Part shown: positions 24,001-33,225 of the stretch, piece by piece
Layout: each line of letters begins with the position of its first letter
How positions within the stretch are numbered: the first letter of the stretch is position 1
NCBI RefSeq assembly: GCF_001194135.2
Contig: NC_068983.1
Location: 4,686,561-4,750,560 of the forward strand
DNA: 64,000 nucleotides
Direction: 5' to 3'
From: Octopus bimaculoides
Taxonomy: Eukaryota
Notes under the pieces: generated by a model
Seen by the model: only the letters and a program-made list of their open reading frames with translations
Database searches by the model: none
What the model was told of the DNA's origin: nothing
Made by a program: the position numbers and the translations under genes

Positions 24001-27000
24001 GAGGAAGAGAGAGAGAGAATGAAACAGAGAGAGAAGAGAGAGTGAAACAGAGAGGGAGAAGAGAGAGTGAGGAGGAGAGAGTGAAACAGAGAGGGGGAAG
24101 AGAGAGTGAGGAGGAGAGAATGAAAGAGAGAGAGAAGAGAGAGTGAAACAGAGAGGGGGGAGAGAGAGTGAGGAGGAGAGAATGAAAGAGAGAGAGAAGA
24201 AGAGAGAGTGAAACAGAGAGGGGGGAGAGAGAGTGAGGAGGAGAGAATGAAAGAGAGAGAGAAGAAGAGAGAGTGAAACAGAGAGGGGGAGAGAGAGTGA
24301 GGAGGAGAGAATAAAAGACAATAAAACAGAGAGAGGGGAGAAATGGAATGAGAGAGAGAGAGAGAGAGAGAGGGGGAGGGAGGAGAGAAAAGAAAGACTC
24401 ACCATTTTTCGTTTTATTGGTTTTTGCTTTTCTTGTTGGACCATTATTTGTGGAACTTTTCTCTTTCTTGTTTTTCTTTCCTGAAACATTCGAAACAGAT
24501 TCTACCATAAAAATGTTGGATATTTACAAAACCCTAAAATCCTAAGTGGTGGACAGCTGACTGACCTCAAACTCCACCCCTTACCCACCAAACAAAACCT
24601 CACCTCACTATTATTGTTCTCTTGTTACATTAATTTAAAGTAAAGGACAGATTGGGACTCTGTGATGTTCATGCTTTTCTCACTACCATTTGATGAATTC
24701 AAAAATCTAAGGAGCAGACTCAACTCAACATATCCCTTAACACTGCCATCTGGCCTCTGAGTGGAGCCCCCACCCATTATTATTAAGCATCCGTCTTCCA
24801 TGCTAGCATGGGTTGGACAGTTGGACAGAAGCTGGCAAGCCAGAGGACGGCACTAGGGCTCCAATTGTCTCCTTTGGCATGATTTTCATGGCTGGATGCC
24901 CTTCCTAACACCAACCACTTTACAGAGTGGAGTCTGCAATTATTCCAAGCTGGATCTCAAGTCTTTCTTTCATCCCATCTACATCTAATCATTCATACAC
25001 ACTAACATCACACACCCAGTGGAGTGCATATGCTTCATTTCTTCTCAAGCTTTAACACATCCTCAACATTCAATGCCCATACTTTGTTACCATACTCGGA
25101 GAAAGAGTGTCTTGGTTGCCAACAGACGTAATATCTTCCTGAACTTTATTCATCCTGTTCTTTGGTCTGTTTACTATGTTTTCAGAGACCCCCTCCTCCT
25201 CTTTGAATTAGATCTAGTAAGCAAGAGAAGCTCAATCAACTACTTTTATGTTCCTATCCTGCTATCATACTTTAACCTCTCAACACCCAACATAAAAGCC
25301 ACCTCCCCTCCCTCTGCAATTCATCTCATCAAAGGGATCTTTAGACTTGCAAGATACATGGTAACCTCACTAATGCTGCTGCCATGAAAAAGCGACCTTG
25401 TACATCTTTTAGCATTAAGAAGACTATCCAGTCATAGAAACCATGCCAAAACTGAGACACAAGAGCACAATGTGGTCCTTTGACTTGTTGGATCCTGTCA
25501 AACCTATGTCAGTATGGCACATGGACATGAAACACTAATTATGATGATGATGATGATGATGATAATAATGACAATATAATAATGATGGTGGTGATGATGA
25601 TGATGATGGTGGTACCTTCTGTATGGACTTCCTACCTATTCCTCTTCTTCATATCATACAGAATATTACCCAGACATCATCATTCTTCTAAATAACTCAA
25701 ACATTATCATTGTTAGGTTTATTTAAAATCTCTTCATTCTATGCTTTGCTTCCACATTTCAAATGTTTTCTCAAAAATCTTCAATGGACAATGAGAGCTG
25801 AGTTACCAGCTTAAGTTACTTGAACACCCAAACAAACAAATGCATTACATAGGAAGTACAAACTCCCTAGGGGCCAAACAAAGAAATACATTAGAATAAT
25901 CCAAACTTACTTTTCTTATCTGGGTAGGTCCAATCATTGTCATTGTCATCGTCCAGACTCTCATCACTGTCCCGTTTCAATGTTGTCGTAGCAATTCTGG
26001 TAAATTAATTACGAAATAAAGCATTAAGAAGAGATAGCACAGACACTGGAACTAAATGAACATGTGGGACAGGATTGCTGTTGCATTCAACATGGCTTAC
26101 AATAAATTTCATACCAACTGAAACTAGTTACAATATTTCTTAGAAAAAACACTCAAGTCATGGAAACAGATTTTACTAAAGGGGAAAATTTTATGGGGAA
26201 AACTGAGGAGTAAAAAATGCTTTTAGTGTTGAGATTATTCTAATACTTATTTATTTGCTCGTTTTGAATTACTTATCCTTTATCTTGTAGTATTGAGATT
26301 TCGATGATGCAATTGTTTATTTTTAGAATAATATTGTAGGGCAGGTGTGAGAGGCAGAATATGGCCTGTGCAAATATAAAAAAACAGGTACTGTTAATAT
26401 TTAGGATGGATATCCAACCCAAATATTCTTTTATTCTTTTACTTGTTTCAGTCATTTGACTGCAGCCATGCTGGAGCACTGCCTTTAGTCAAATAAATCG
26501 ACCCCAGGACTTATTCTTTGTAAGCCTGGTACTTATTCTATCGGTCTCATTTTACTAAGTTACAGGGACTAAACATACCAGCATCGGTTGTCAAGCAATG
26601 GTGGTGGGACAAACACAGACACACAAACACACACACATGCATACACACACACACATATATATGACAGGCTTCTTTCAGTTTCTGTCTACCAAATCCACTC
26701 ACAAGGCTTTGGTTGACCCTAGGCTATAGTAGAAGAGGCTTGCCCAAGGTGCCACACAGTGCAGACTGAACCTGGAACCATGTGGTTGGTAAGCAAGCTA
26801 CTTAGCACACAGCCACTCACACTTACCCTACAATATCACATTATCAAAATCTTGAAGTTATGAGATAATAAATGATTAATCTGACAGAATGATCTGAATG
26901 GCAGAGGGTTAAAGCATTAAAAATTACATCTTTAGTGAAGAGAAATGTCATTGGCATTCATGACAGTTATTAGCATGAAAGACATGGGAGATAAATCTGA

Positions 27001-27284
27001 AGCCCAGATTCATTACAAACTGAGCAGCAAGTGTATTGGGGAGAATGAATATGATATCAATAAGGAATTGTTGAAATGCGTCTTACCTTTTACTTGCTAT
27101 TCTGGAACTATTTCTGCCCATACCCATACATTTTTCTAAGTGTGGAGCAAATCGTGACGCTGCTAGGTGTCGCTGGCAGTTGGGACATGTGCATTCAAAC
27201 TGTTTTTTTGTCGGCACTTGACCAAATACATCAACCCCAGATTTGTAGACAATTTCTTTGAAAGAAAGTAAAAAAACAGTATAA

Positions 27285-27325
<41 letters not shown>

Positions 27326-30300
27326 TATATATATATATACACACACACATATAAATATATACACACACACATATGTATATATACATACACACACAATCAA
27401 GCAATACTTATTAATATAAACAAAAATCTCTCTCTCTCTCTCCACACTTTCAGAGTAAAAATAAAATAAATATGTCATTGTTTAATGTCCGTTTTCCATG
27501 TTGGCATGGGTTGGACGGTTTGACATGGAGCTGCACAGACTCCGATTGTCTGCTGTGGCATGTTTTCTACAGCTGGATTCCCTTCCTAATGCCAACAACT
27601 TGACAAAGTGTGTTGTGTGCTTTTTATGTGCTACCAACATGGCTGCATTAATACAGCACCGGCACAAGTACTTTTTGTGTGGCACTGGCACCTGAAAGAA
27701 CAAGCCTGCACGAGGGGAAGAGAGCAATTTTACTTAGCTTGACATGTCTTATCAAGAACAGCAAATTGCCACATCTCCCAGTATATACATACACACACAT
27801 ATATATAGAGGGTGCGTAAGGTATTTATTTTGAGATGTTCTGTGTTTCTTTCAATTAATTTTAAATATAACAAAGAATTTAGTAAAATCACTTAATTATC
27901 ATTAAGCTAGTGTTAGGAACATAAATTGTGACTAACGTTTGGTGGAAGATTTTAATTCAAAACTTATGAAAATAAGACATTTGTACTCAGAGCCAGAGCC
28001 GGTTCCAGCCAGGATTCTATCAAAAGGGTTAAATAGCATTGAAAGCATGTGGCTTGGTGGTTAGCATATTTGGCTCATGACTCTAAGGTCGTGAGTTCAA
28101 TTCTCGGCGACACATTGTGTCCTTGAGCAAGACACTTTATTTCACGTTGCTCCAGTCCACTCAGCTGGCAAAAATGAGTTGTACCAGTAATTCAAAGGGC
28201 CAGCCTTGTCACATTAGGTGTGTCACGCAGAATCTTGCTGTGTTAAGAGTAAGCATGTCTGTGGAGTGCTCAGCCAGTTGCACATTAATTTCACAAGCAG
28301 GCCATTCTGTTGATTGGATCAACTGAAATATTTATTGCCAGTTTTAAATACCATTATCCATAATTATTGCTTTGTCATCCACTTTTCCATGCTTACATGG
28401 GTCAGATGAATTTGTTGAGACAGATTTCCTATAGTGGAATGCCCTTCCTGTCACCAACACTCACTGTTTCTAAGTAGGATTATATTTCCCTATGGCTGGA
28501 CAGGTTTCCACAAAAAAATCAGAAATGAATGACACCACTTGCATGGTGGTGATACTCACTTACAACTTTCATGCAATCTCAAGACAAGATGACAGTAACA
28601 CACATACATGTGTGTGTGTGTGTGTGTGTGAGTGTGTGTGTGTAAGTATATACAACAGGCTTCTTTTGATTTCCATCAACCAGATCCACTCACAAACCTT
28701 TAGTTAACTTGAGGCTATAGCAGAAGACACTTGCGCAAGGTGCCATGCTGTGGGACTGAACCCAAAACCATGGGGTTGGGATAAAAACTTTTTACCACAC
28801 AGCCACACTTAAATACAAATATATTTAATATAATTTTCAATATGAAACACTGACACACGACTTTTCTAACTTACCATGTTCTTTATGAGACCTGAAAATA
28901 AAAGAAACAAATGGTAATTAAGCATTTAGAGAATATTTCAATTTTTTTCTGCAAGACATACACATATTCACATTTAGTCATCATCATCATTTAACGTCTG
29001 TTTTCCATGCTAGCATGGGTTGGATGGTTCAACCGGAGTCTGGAAAGCCAGAAGGCTGCACCAGACTCCAATCTGATCTGGAAATGTTTCTACAGTTGGA
29101 TGCCCTTCCTAACGCCAACCACTCCTAGAGTGTAGTGGGTGCTTTTTATGTGCCACCGGCACATGGGGAACATAATTATTTCTAACAGAAGAATGAGGCC
29201 ACAAGTTGGTTATTACATCAACCCCAGTTAGTCCACTGGTACTGGCAGTAAACACTGACGGTCAGTCTAGGGTCAACTAATCCAGTTACTGCCAGTTGAT
29301 AGAAATGGCGATTCATCAACTGACTTTAATTACTTGAAAACACTATGAGAGTTGTGGAACTTCATAGTGTCAACAACTGAAGCTGGATGACTAGTAACAG
29401 TAGAACAATATGGTTTCCCATTGGACTGTGCAGGCCAATGACAAGATTTAGACCCACATACAACACTTGATGGATTCTACTGCTAATGGTCATACTGAGC
29501 TGGGACCACAGCTACAACTCAATGGATGAGTGATGGTTGTAGTTGAAATCCCAGACAAGTGGTGGCTGTGCCTGTCTCTCAGTGAAGGCCTCAAACACAA
29601 CCACCACTATTTGCTGCACCCATTTGTTGTGTTTTCATGATCTCTTTATTATTAGGGTTGATTCTGTTAGCATTTGTCTCTTCACAAGCACTCACAGGAA
29701 GTGAGGCTTAATGTTCAGAGTTGCTCTTCTCTTAGTCAAGCTACCTTCTAAGGCTGCCAAGCCCAGACTTCCACCCTGTTATACCACCAGGGTAGATCTA
29801 TATACACAGTGCTGCCCCATCGCTCCTAATCATTATACAAAACTCTGGACACTAACCCAGAATTTCTAAATACCAACACAATTAGAAAATTACTATTTCT
29901 AAATCTCACAACGAGAGATATTAAGTAACAGTACTTTGGAGTAAAGATTGTTTGCCAAAATAACATGGCAGTCCTGGTTTAGGACGAATGTTGCTGTAAT
30001 TTAGCCACAGATCATGTCATATAGCCAGCTGGAGGTGATGTCTCCTGGGGCTAAATTACAGCAACATTCGTCCAAAACCAGGACTGCCATGTTATGCTGA
30101 CAAACAATCTTTACTCCACCAACACAATTATTAGATAATGGTTGACCCTGAGTTGGGTTTGTCTGTCTATTTAAAGTAAAGGATTAGAAACTGTTCTAAT
30201 CCTTTACTTTTGATACATTCTCACTGTTTATGGAGTCTAGATGCAGTAAACACCTCAAAAATATCCCCCGAATAAGAAAGAAAGAAACCCAAATTTACTT

Positions 30301-30948
30301 ACCATGGATCTGTATCCCCTAAAAATAAGGTTCCAATTTTTGCTGACCGGTGCACTTCAAAACACACTCCCAATGTTACTTCATCGATCAGGTCAGCTGT
30401 CACATCACCAACAGCAGTCTAAAAAATACAAGCAACATCTTCGAATTAGACAAGTTAATTTATGTTAAAATATGTGTATTATCATCATTTGATGTCCTTG
30501 TTCCACGAGTTGGATCTGCTGGCTATGAAGACCGCATCATGCTCCAGCATCTGTCTTGCAATGGTTTCTATGGCCACATACACTTCCTAATGCTTATCCT
30601 TATATATATATATATATATATATATATNNNNNNNNNNNNNNNNNNNNNNNNNNNNNNNNNNNNNNNNNNNNNNNNNNNNNNNNNNNNNNNNNNNNNNNNN
30701 NNNNNNNNNNNNNNNNNNNNNNNNNNNNNNNNNNNNNNGGATAAGCATACTAAAAGAGGTCCGTGGGAAAACTCATTTAAATAAAAGGGGTCCCTGATAA
30801 TGAAAAATTTGGGAACTTCTAGTATATATACACTCACACAATACGCCATGAGAAGTACCACAAAACAGAAAGTTCCCAGCAGTGTTTCCAAGCTAGCTTG
30901 TAATTCTACCTCTAGTTGTCTCCCTTTAGTTTCACTGCCAACCAACAT
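11772..30948 (-). CDS. ATXN7L3: ATXN7L3 / SAGA-associated factor 11 (Sgf11); spliced gene model, 11 coding exons, 346 aa
   Basis: Exons 30910-30948, 30303-30418, 28875-28891, 27087-27255, 25911-25996, 24403-24480, 23620-23667, 20622-20647, 18639-18769, 14717-14850 and 11772-11968 all have GT-AG flanks with matching phases and sum to 1041 nt. Protein: [346 protein letters not shown]. It contains the Sgf11 zinc finger and the SCA7 domain. Confidence 0.95.
12730..13280 (+). mobile_element. 3' end of an RTE LINE: ORF end plus 3' UTR ending in the family-A (GAT)n tail
   Basis: [27 protein letters not shown] is a typical RTE C-terminus. It runs continuously into the family-A repeat. Confidence 0.75.
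14717..14850 (-). CDS. ATXN7L3: ATXN7L3 exon 10 ([44 protein letters not shown])
   Basis: Acceptor aatttcag, donor gtaaat; phases match both neighbours; resembles the vertebrate LQWDGSSDLSPSDS segment. Confidence 0.9.
16860..17815 (+). mobile_element. Degenerate RTE-clade LINE reverse transcriptase fragment
   Basis: Broken frames give [73 protein letters not shown] and SLDEIQFG…[14 protein letters not shown]. Confidence 0.85.
17958..18341 (-). mobile_element. Young full-length tRNA-derived SINE (family E) with a 10-bp target-site duplication
   Basis: Head gtggaggcgcaatggcccagtggttagggcagcggactcgcggtcataggatcgcggttctgattccc, CpG-rich body, (caa) tail. Flanks are tcatatgcat (17948-17957) and tcatatacat (18342-18351). 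Confidence 0.85.
18639..18769 (-). CDS. ATXN7L3: ATXN7L3 exon 9, SCA7 zinc-binding domain ([22 protein letters not shown]…)
   Basis: Diagnostic [21 protein letters not shown] motif; acceptor tacttcag, donor gtaaga. Confidence 0.97.
18955..19195 (+). repeat. Dispersed repeat family G
   Basis: gggaccagcatgtca…gttgtaaaaaggggactaaaagggg…ccctcaccagcaatgaccacc…caggaatagggaa…gttacag. A diverged second copy lies at about 39810-40060. Confidence 0.7.
20622..20647 (-). CDS. ATXN7L3: ATXN7L3 exon 8, 26-nt micro-exon (DERRNLLTS)
   Basis: Acceptor tttgtttcag, donor gtaagt; matches the EELRSLLTT segment that precedes the SCA7 domain. Confidence 0.88.
21016..21140 (+). repeat. (GA)n with an embedded 24-bp tandem unit (gagagagtgggagtctgatacaaa, about 3 copies)
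   Basis: Direct inspection; next to an assembly gap. Confidence 0.85.
22684..23035. mobile_element. TA-flanked MITE with about 105-bp inverted arms enclosing a tRNA-like sequence
   Basis: TA|cgtcatattgtaaacaaacataag…aaatactgaacaatatat pairs with atatattgttcagtattta…cttatgtttgtttacatatgaca|TA. A partial second copy lies at 23081-23280. Confidence 0.75.
22816..22888 (+). pseudogene. 73-nt tRNA-like cloverleaf (pseudo-tRNA) inside the MITE
   Basis: D arm TAGCTTAAATGGTAGAGCA, anticodon arm (T)TCCAA-TTGGATA-TTGGA(G), T arm GTGAG-ATCAATC-CTCAT and a decayed acceptor stem. The second copy (23106-23169) has GTTCAATCC but a 9-nt deletion. The isotype cannot be assigned. Confidence 0.6.
23620..23667 (-). 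CDS. ATXN7L3: ATXN7L3 exon 7 ([16 protein letters not shown])
   Basis: Acceptor ttttctccag, donor gtaagt; phase 1 at both ends; aligns to the remembered vertebrate ISYETL segment. Confidence 0.85.
23995..24400 (+). repeat. Purine-rich minisatellite with an about 60-bp unit
   Basis: Repeated gagagagtgaaacagagagggggagagagagtgaggaggagagaatgaaagagagagagaagaa, about 5 copies, merging into (GA)n. Confidence 0.9.
24403..24480 (-). CDS. ATXN7L3: ATXN7L3 exon 6, basic NLS-like stretch ([25 protein letters not shown])
   Basis: Acceptor gtttcag, donor gtgagt; phase 1 at both ends. Confidence 0.9.
25911..25996 (-). CDS. ATXN7L3: ATXN7L3 exon 5, acidic stretch ([28 protein letters not shown])
   Basis: Acceptor ttaccag, donor gtaagt; DNDW(T/S)Y motif as in ATXN7L3. 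Confidence 0.93.
27087..27255 (-). CDS. ATXN7L3: ATXN7L3 exon 4, Sgf11 zinc finger ([34 protein letters not shown])
   Basis: Diagnostic [22 protein letters not shown] motif; acceptor ttcaaag, donor gtaaga. Confidence 0.98.
27830..28032. mobile_element. piggyBac-like non-autonomous element end
   Basis: Ends tatcaaaagggTTAA. A related sequence with the same terminus lies at about 3740-3882. The left end was not located. Confidence 0.35.
28040..28325 (+). mobile_element. tRNA-derived SINE family D, sharing its 3' body with family E
   Basis: gtcgtgagttcaattctc B box, middle ccttgagcaagacactttatttcacgttgctccagtccactcagctgg, then ctgtggagtgctcagcc…gcacattaatttcacaagcagg as in 17958-18341. A partial copy lies at about 14180-14400. 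Confidence 0.75.
28875..28891 (-). CDS. ATXN7L3: ATXN7L3 exon 3, 17-nt micro-exon (W-SHKEH-E)
   Basis: Acceptor ttcttttattttcag, donor gtaagt. It exactly bridges the phase-2 end of exon 2 to the phase-1 start of exon 4. Confidence 0.85.
29937..30118. mobile_element. Hairpin/MITE with about 70-bp inverted arms in ATXN7L3 intron 2
   Basis: tggagtaaagattgtttg…gttgctgtaatttagcc (29937-30006) pairs with ggctaaattacagcaac…caaacaatctttactcca (30049-30118), with few mismatches. Confidence 0.85.
30303..30418 (-). CDS. ATXN7L3: ATXN7L3 exon 2, N-terminal helix ([29 protein letters not shown]…)
   Basis: Acceptor ttttttag, donor gtaagt; contains the conserved Sgf11 CFEVHR motif. Confidence 0.95.
30910..30948 (-). 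CDS. ATXN7L3: ATXN7L3 candidate coding exon 1 ([13 protein letters not shown])
   Basis: ATG at 30948 with an in-frame stop upstream and a phase-0 donor GAG|gtagaa. It ends in LE, as I recall for vertebrate exon 1 (…SKLE). The donor is weak and several out-of-frame ATGs lie upstream. Confidence 0.5.
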
Positions 30949-31622
30949 TCCATTGACACTTTGAGAAACACATGAACATCACAACTTCCATTTCCTTCTT
31001 GCTGGAAAACGACAGGTTTTGTAAAATCCCGAGATTATTTTTAAGGCTTGCTGCCTGGCTTTGTTTTTCTTTATGTTAAAGATGTCAATGAGGTTCGTCG
31101 ATGCCCCCTACTATCATCGCTGACACCTCCTACGCTGGTATATATATATGTGTAGTGGATCTTGCAAGCATGAAGTGGATTCGATCCACTATAGCTAAAT
31201 TTAAATTAACACTGCGACAGAACTTTTCCCACGGTGGAACAATAGTTTTTCTCTGACCGCAGTTTAATATTTTCCAGATGCCTTTAGCTCGGCCGAAATA
31301 ATGTCTTCACCACTTGACCCTTTCTAACCTCTTCTACTCCACCAAAAGCTAGAATAGAGATAACAAGACCACCAACCCGGCTGATGCAGTTAATGAGCTT
31401 AGTTGTTTAGCCCCAGGCCATAAGTGAGTCAGTGGAACATATGATCGGGGGTATTCCGACTGTGACCATCCTCTCTTTTGTATACTTCTTTGTGATAGTA
31501 GGGTATAATTCGAGAAAGGGTTCAGCTGCTGTTTTTAGCAATCTGAGCAACTGTGCAGAGCCTGGGTTTTTTGGTTCATGATGAAGTTGAATCTACTCTG
31601 AAGTACGTTCAACATCACAAAC

Positions 31623-31664
<42 letters not shown>

Positions 31665-31699
31665 AACACACACCTTGATTGGTGAACAGATAAGCCACC

Positions 31700-31915
31700 T
31701 CTCGTTCTTCATTCATATTCTCACACCCGACCCAACTTCAACTGTCGTTTTCACTTCCTGGGCCGCTCCAACTGCAATTAGGGAGAAGAGGAAAAGGCAA
31801 AGAACAGTGGTTACTGTCCAAGAATGTTGCCACAAGTGGATCAAAAGACCCAGTTTTCAGCAATGCAACGATACTACTACTGACAATGAATATCACTCTC
31901 CGCGCGCACGCACAT
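31700..31915 (-). promoter_or_regulatory. Candidate ATXN7L3 promoter / TSS region
   Basis: CpG-retaining unique sequence about 0.8 kb upstream of the first coding exon. It has an ETS-type site CAGGAAGTG (31752-31760, minus strand) and a CGCGCGCACG element. Confidence 0.45.
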
Positions 31916-32368
31916 NNNNNNNNNNNNNNNNNNNNNNNNNNNNNNNNNNNNNNNNNNNNNNNNNNNNNNNNNNNNNNNNNNNNNNNNNNNNNNNNNNNNN
32001 NNNNNNNNNNNNNNNNNNNNNNNNNNNNNNNNNNNNNNNNNNNNNNNNNNNNNNNNNNNNNNNNNNNNNNNNNNNNNNNNNNNNNNNNNNNNNNNNNNNN
32101 NNNNNNNNNNNNNNNNNNNNNNNNNNNNNNNNNNNNNNNNNNNNNNNNNNNNNNNNNNNNNNNNNNNNNNNNNNNNNNNNNNNNNNNNNNNNNNNNNNNN
32201 NNNNNNNNNNNNNNNNNNNNNNNNNNNNNNNNNNNNNNNNNNNNNNNNNNNNNNNNNNNNNNNNNNNNNNNNNNNNNNNNNNNNNNNNNNNNNNNNNNNN
32301 NNNNNNNNNNNNNNNNNNNNNNNNNNNNNNNNNNNNNNNNNNNNNNNNNNNNNNNNNNNNNNNNNNCT

Positions 32369-32487
32369 GATTAACACCCGCACGATTTTCACTAGGGTGT
32401 TAGGATTAGGGTTAGGGACGGAATTCCCTAACCCTGACCCTAAAACCTAGCCCTAACCCCCTAGTGAAAATCGTGCGGGTGTTAATC
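32369..32487. mobile_element. Mini foldback element with perfect 29-bp arms and internal TTAGGG/CCCTAA repeats
   Basis: gattaacacccgcacgattttcactaggg (32369-32397) and ccctagtgaaaatcgtgcgggtgttaatc (32459-32487) are exact reverse complements. Confidence 0.8.
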
Positions 32488-33184
32488 TGAAAATTTACCA
32501 AAATTCAATTAGATGTTTAAATATTACGGATATATGATTCTGAAAAATTAAAACTGTGAAATTCCATTTTCTTCATATATATTAATACCGACTGCTTACA
32601 ATAACTATTTTCCATTTATAGTTTGTGGTCTTCAATCGAAAGCCATATACCACAAATTGGATCTACATGCGTGTGTGTGTGTGTGTGTGTATGTGTGGTC
32701 ATATACACACAGAAGAGCGAGACGAGACTTGTAATGCCTGCTTATTTATATACATCCGCACGAACGTGTTTATACACACCAGAGGAAACTAGTCGTGGCT
32801 TGCGTACATGCAAATATACATCAGTAAAAGTGTGTTTACATACTCAAGAGGAAAATAGAGACACCTTGTGTATAGACATATATATACATCCGCACACGAA
32901 TGTTTACAAATAGAGAAGGAAATTAATGCTGGTGTTGCTGTGTATGTACATATACATAATATATACATGCATATATATATATACGTACATCTGCACATTC
33001 ATACACACACACACACATATATATATATACATCTGTACACACACAAGAGAAAATTACGTGTGTACATACATATATATCATAAATACAATTATCCAAACAA
33101 GCATTTACAGAATCACACACATATACATGCACACATTTATACACACCTAAACGCAATCTCACATACGTGTGTGTGTGTATATAC

Positions 33185-33225
<41 letters not shown>

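Noticed and set aside
23932-24400. Leu/Ser-rich hydrophobic ORFs resembling membrane proteins
   Set aside because: They are translations of the GA-rich minisatellite. Only 24403-24480 is coding.
32398-32458. Ancestral telomere-telomere chromosome fusion site
   Set aside because: There are only about 3-4 degenerate repeats per side, enclosed by perfect unique inverted arms. This fits a small foldback element better than a fusion scar.
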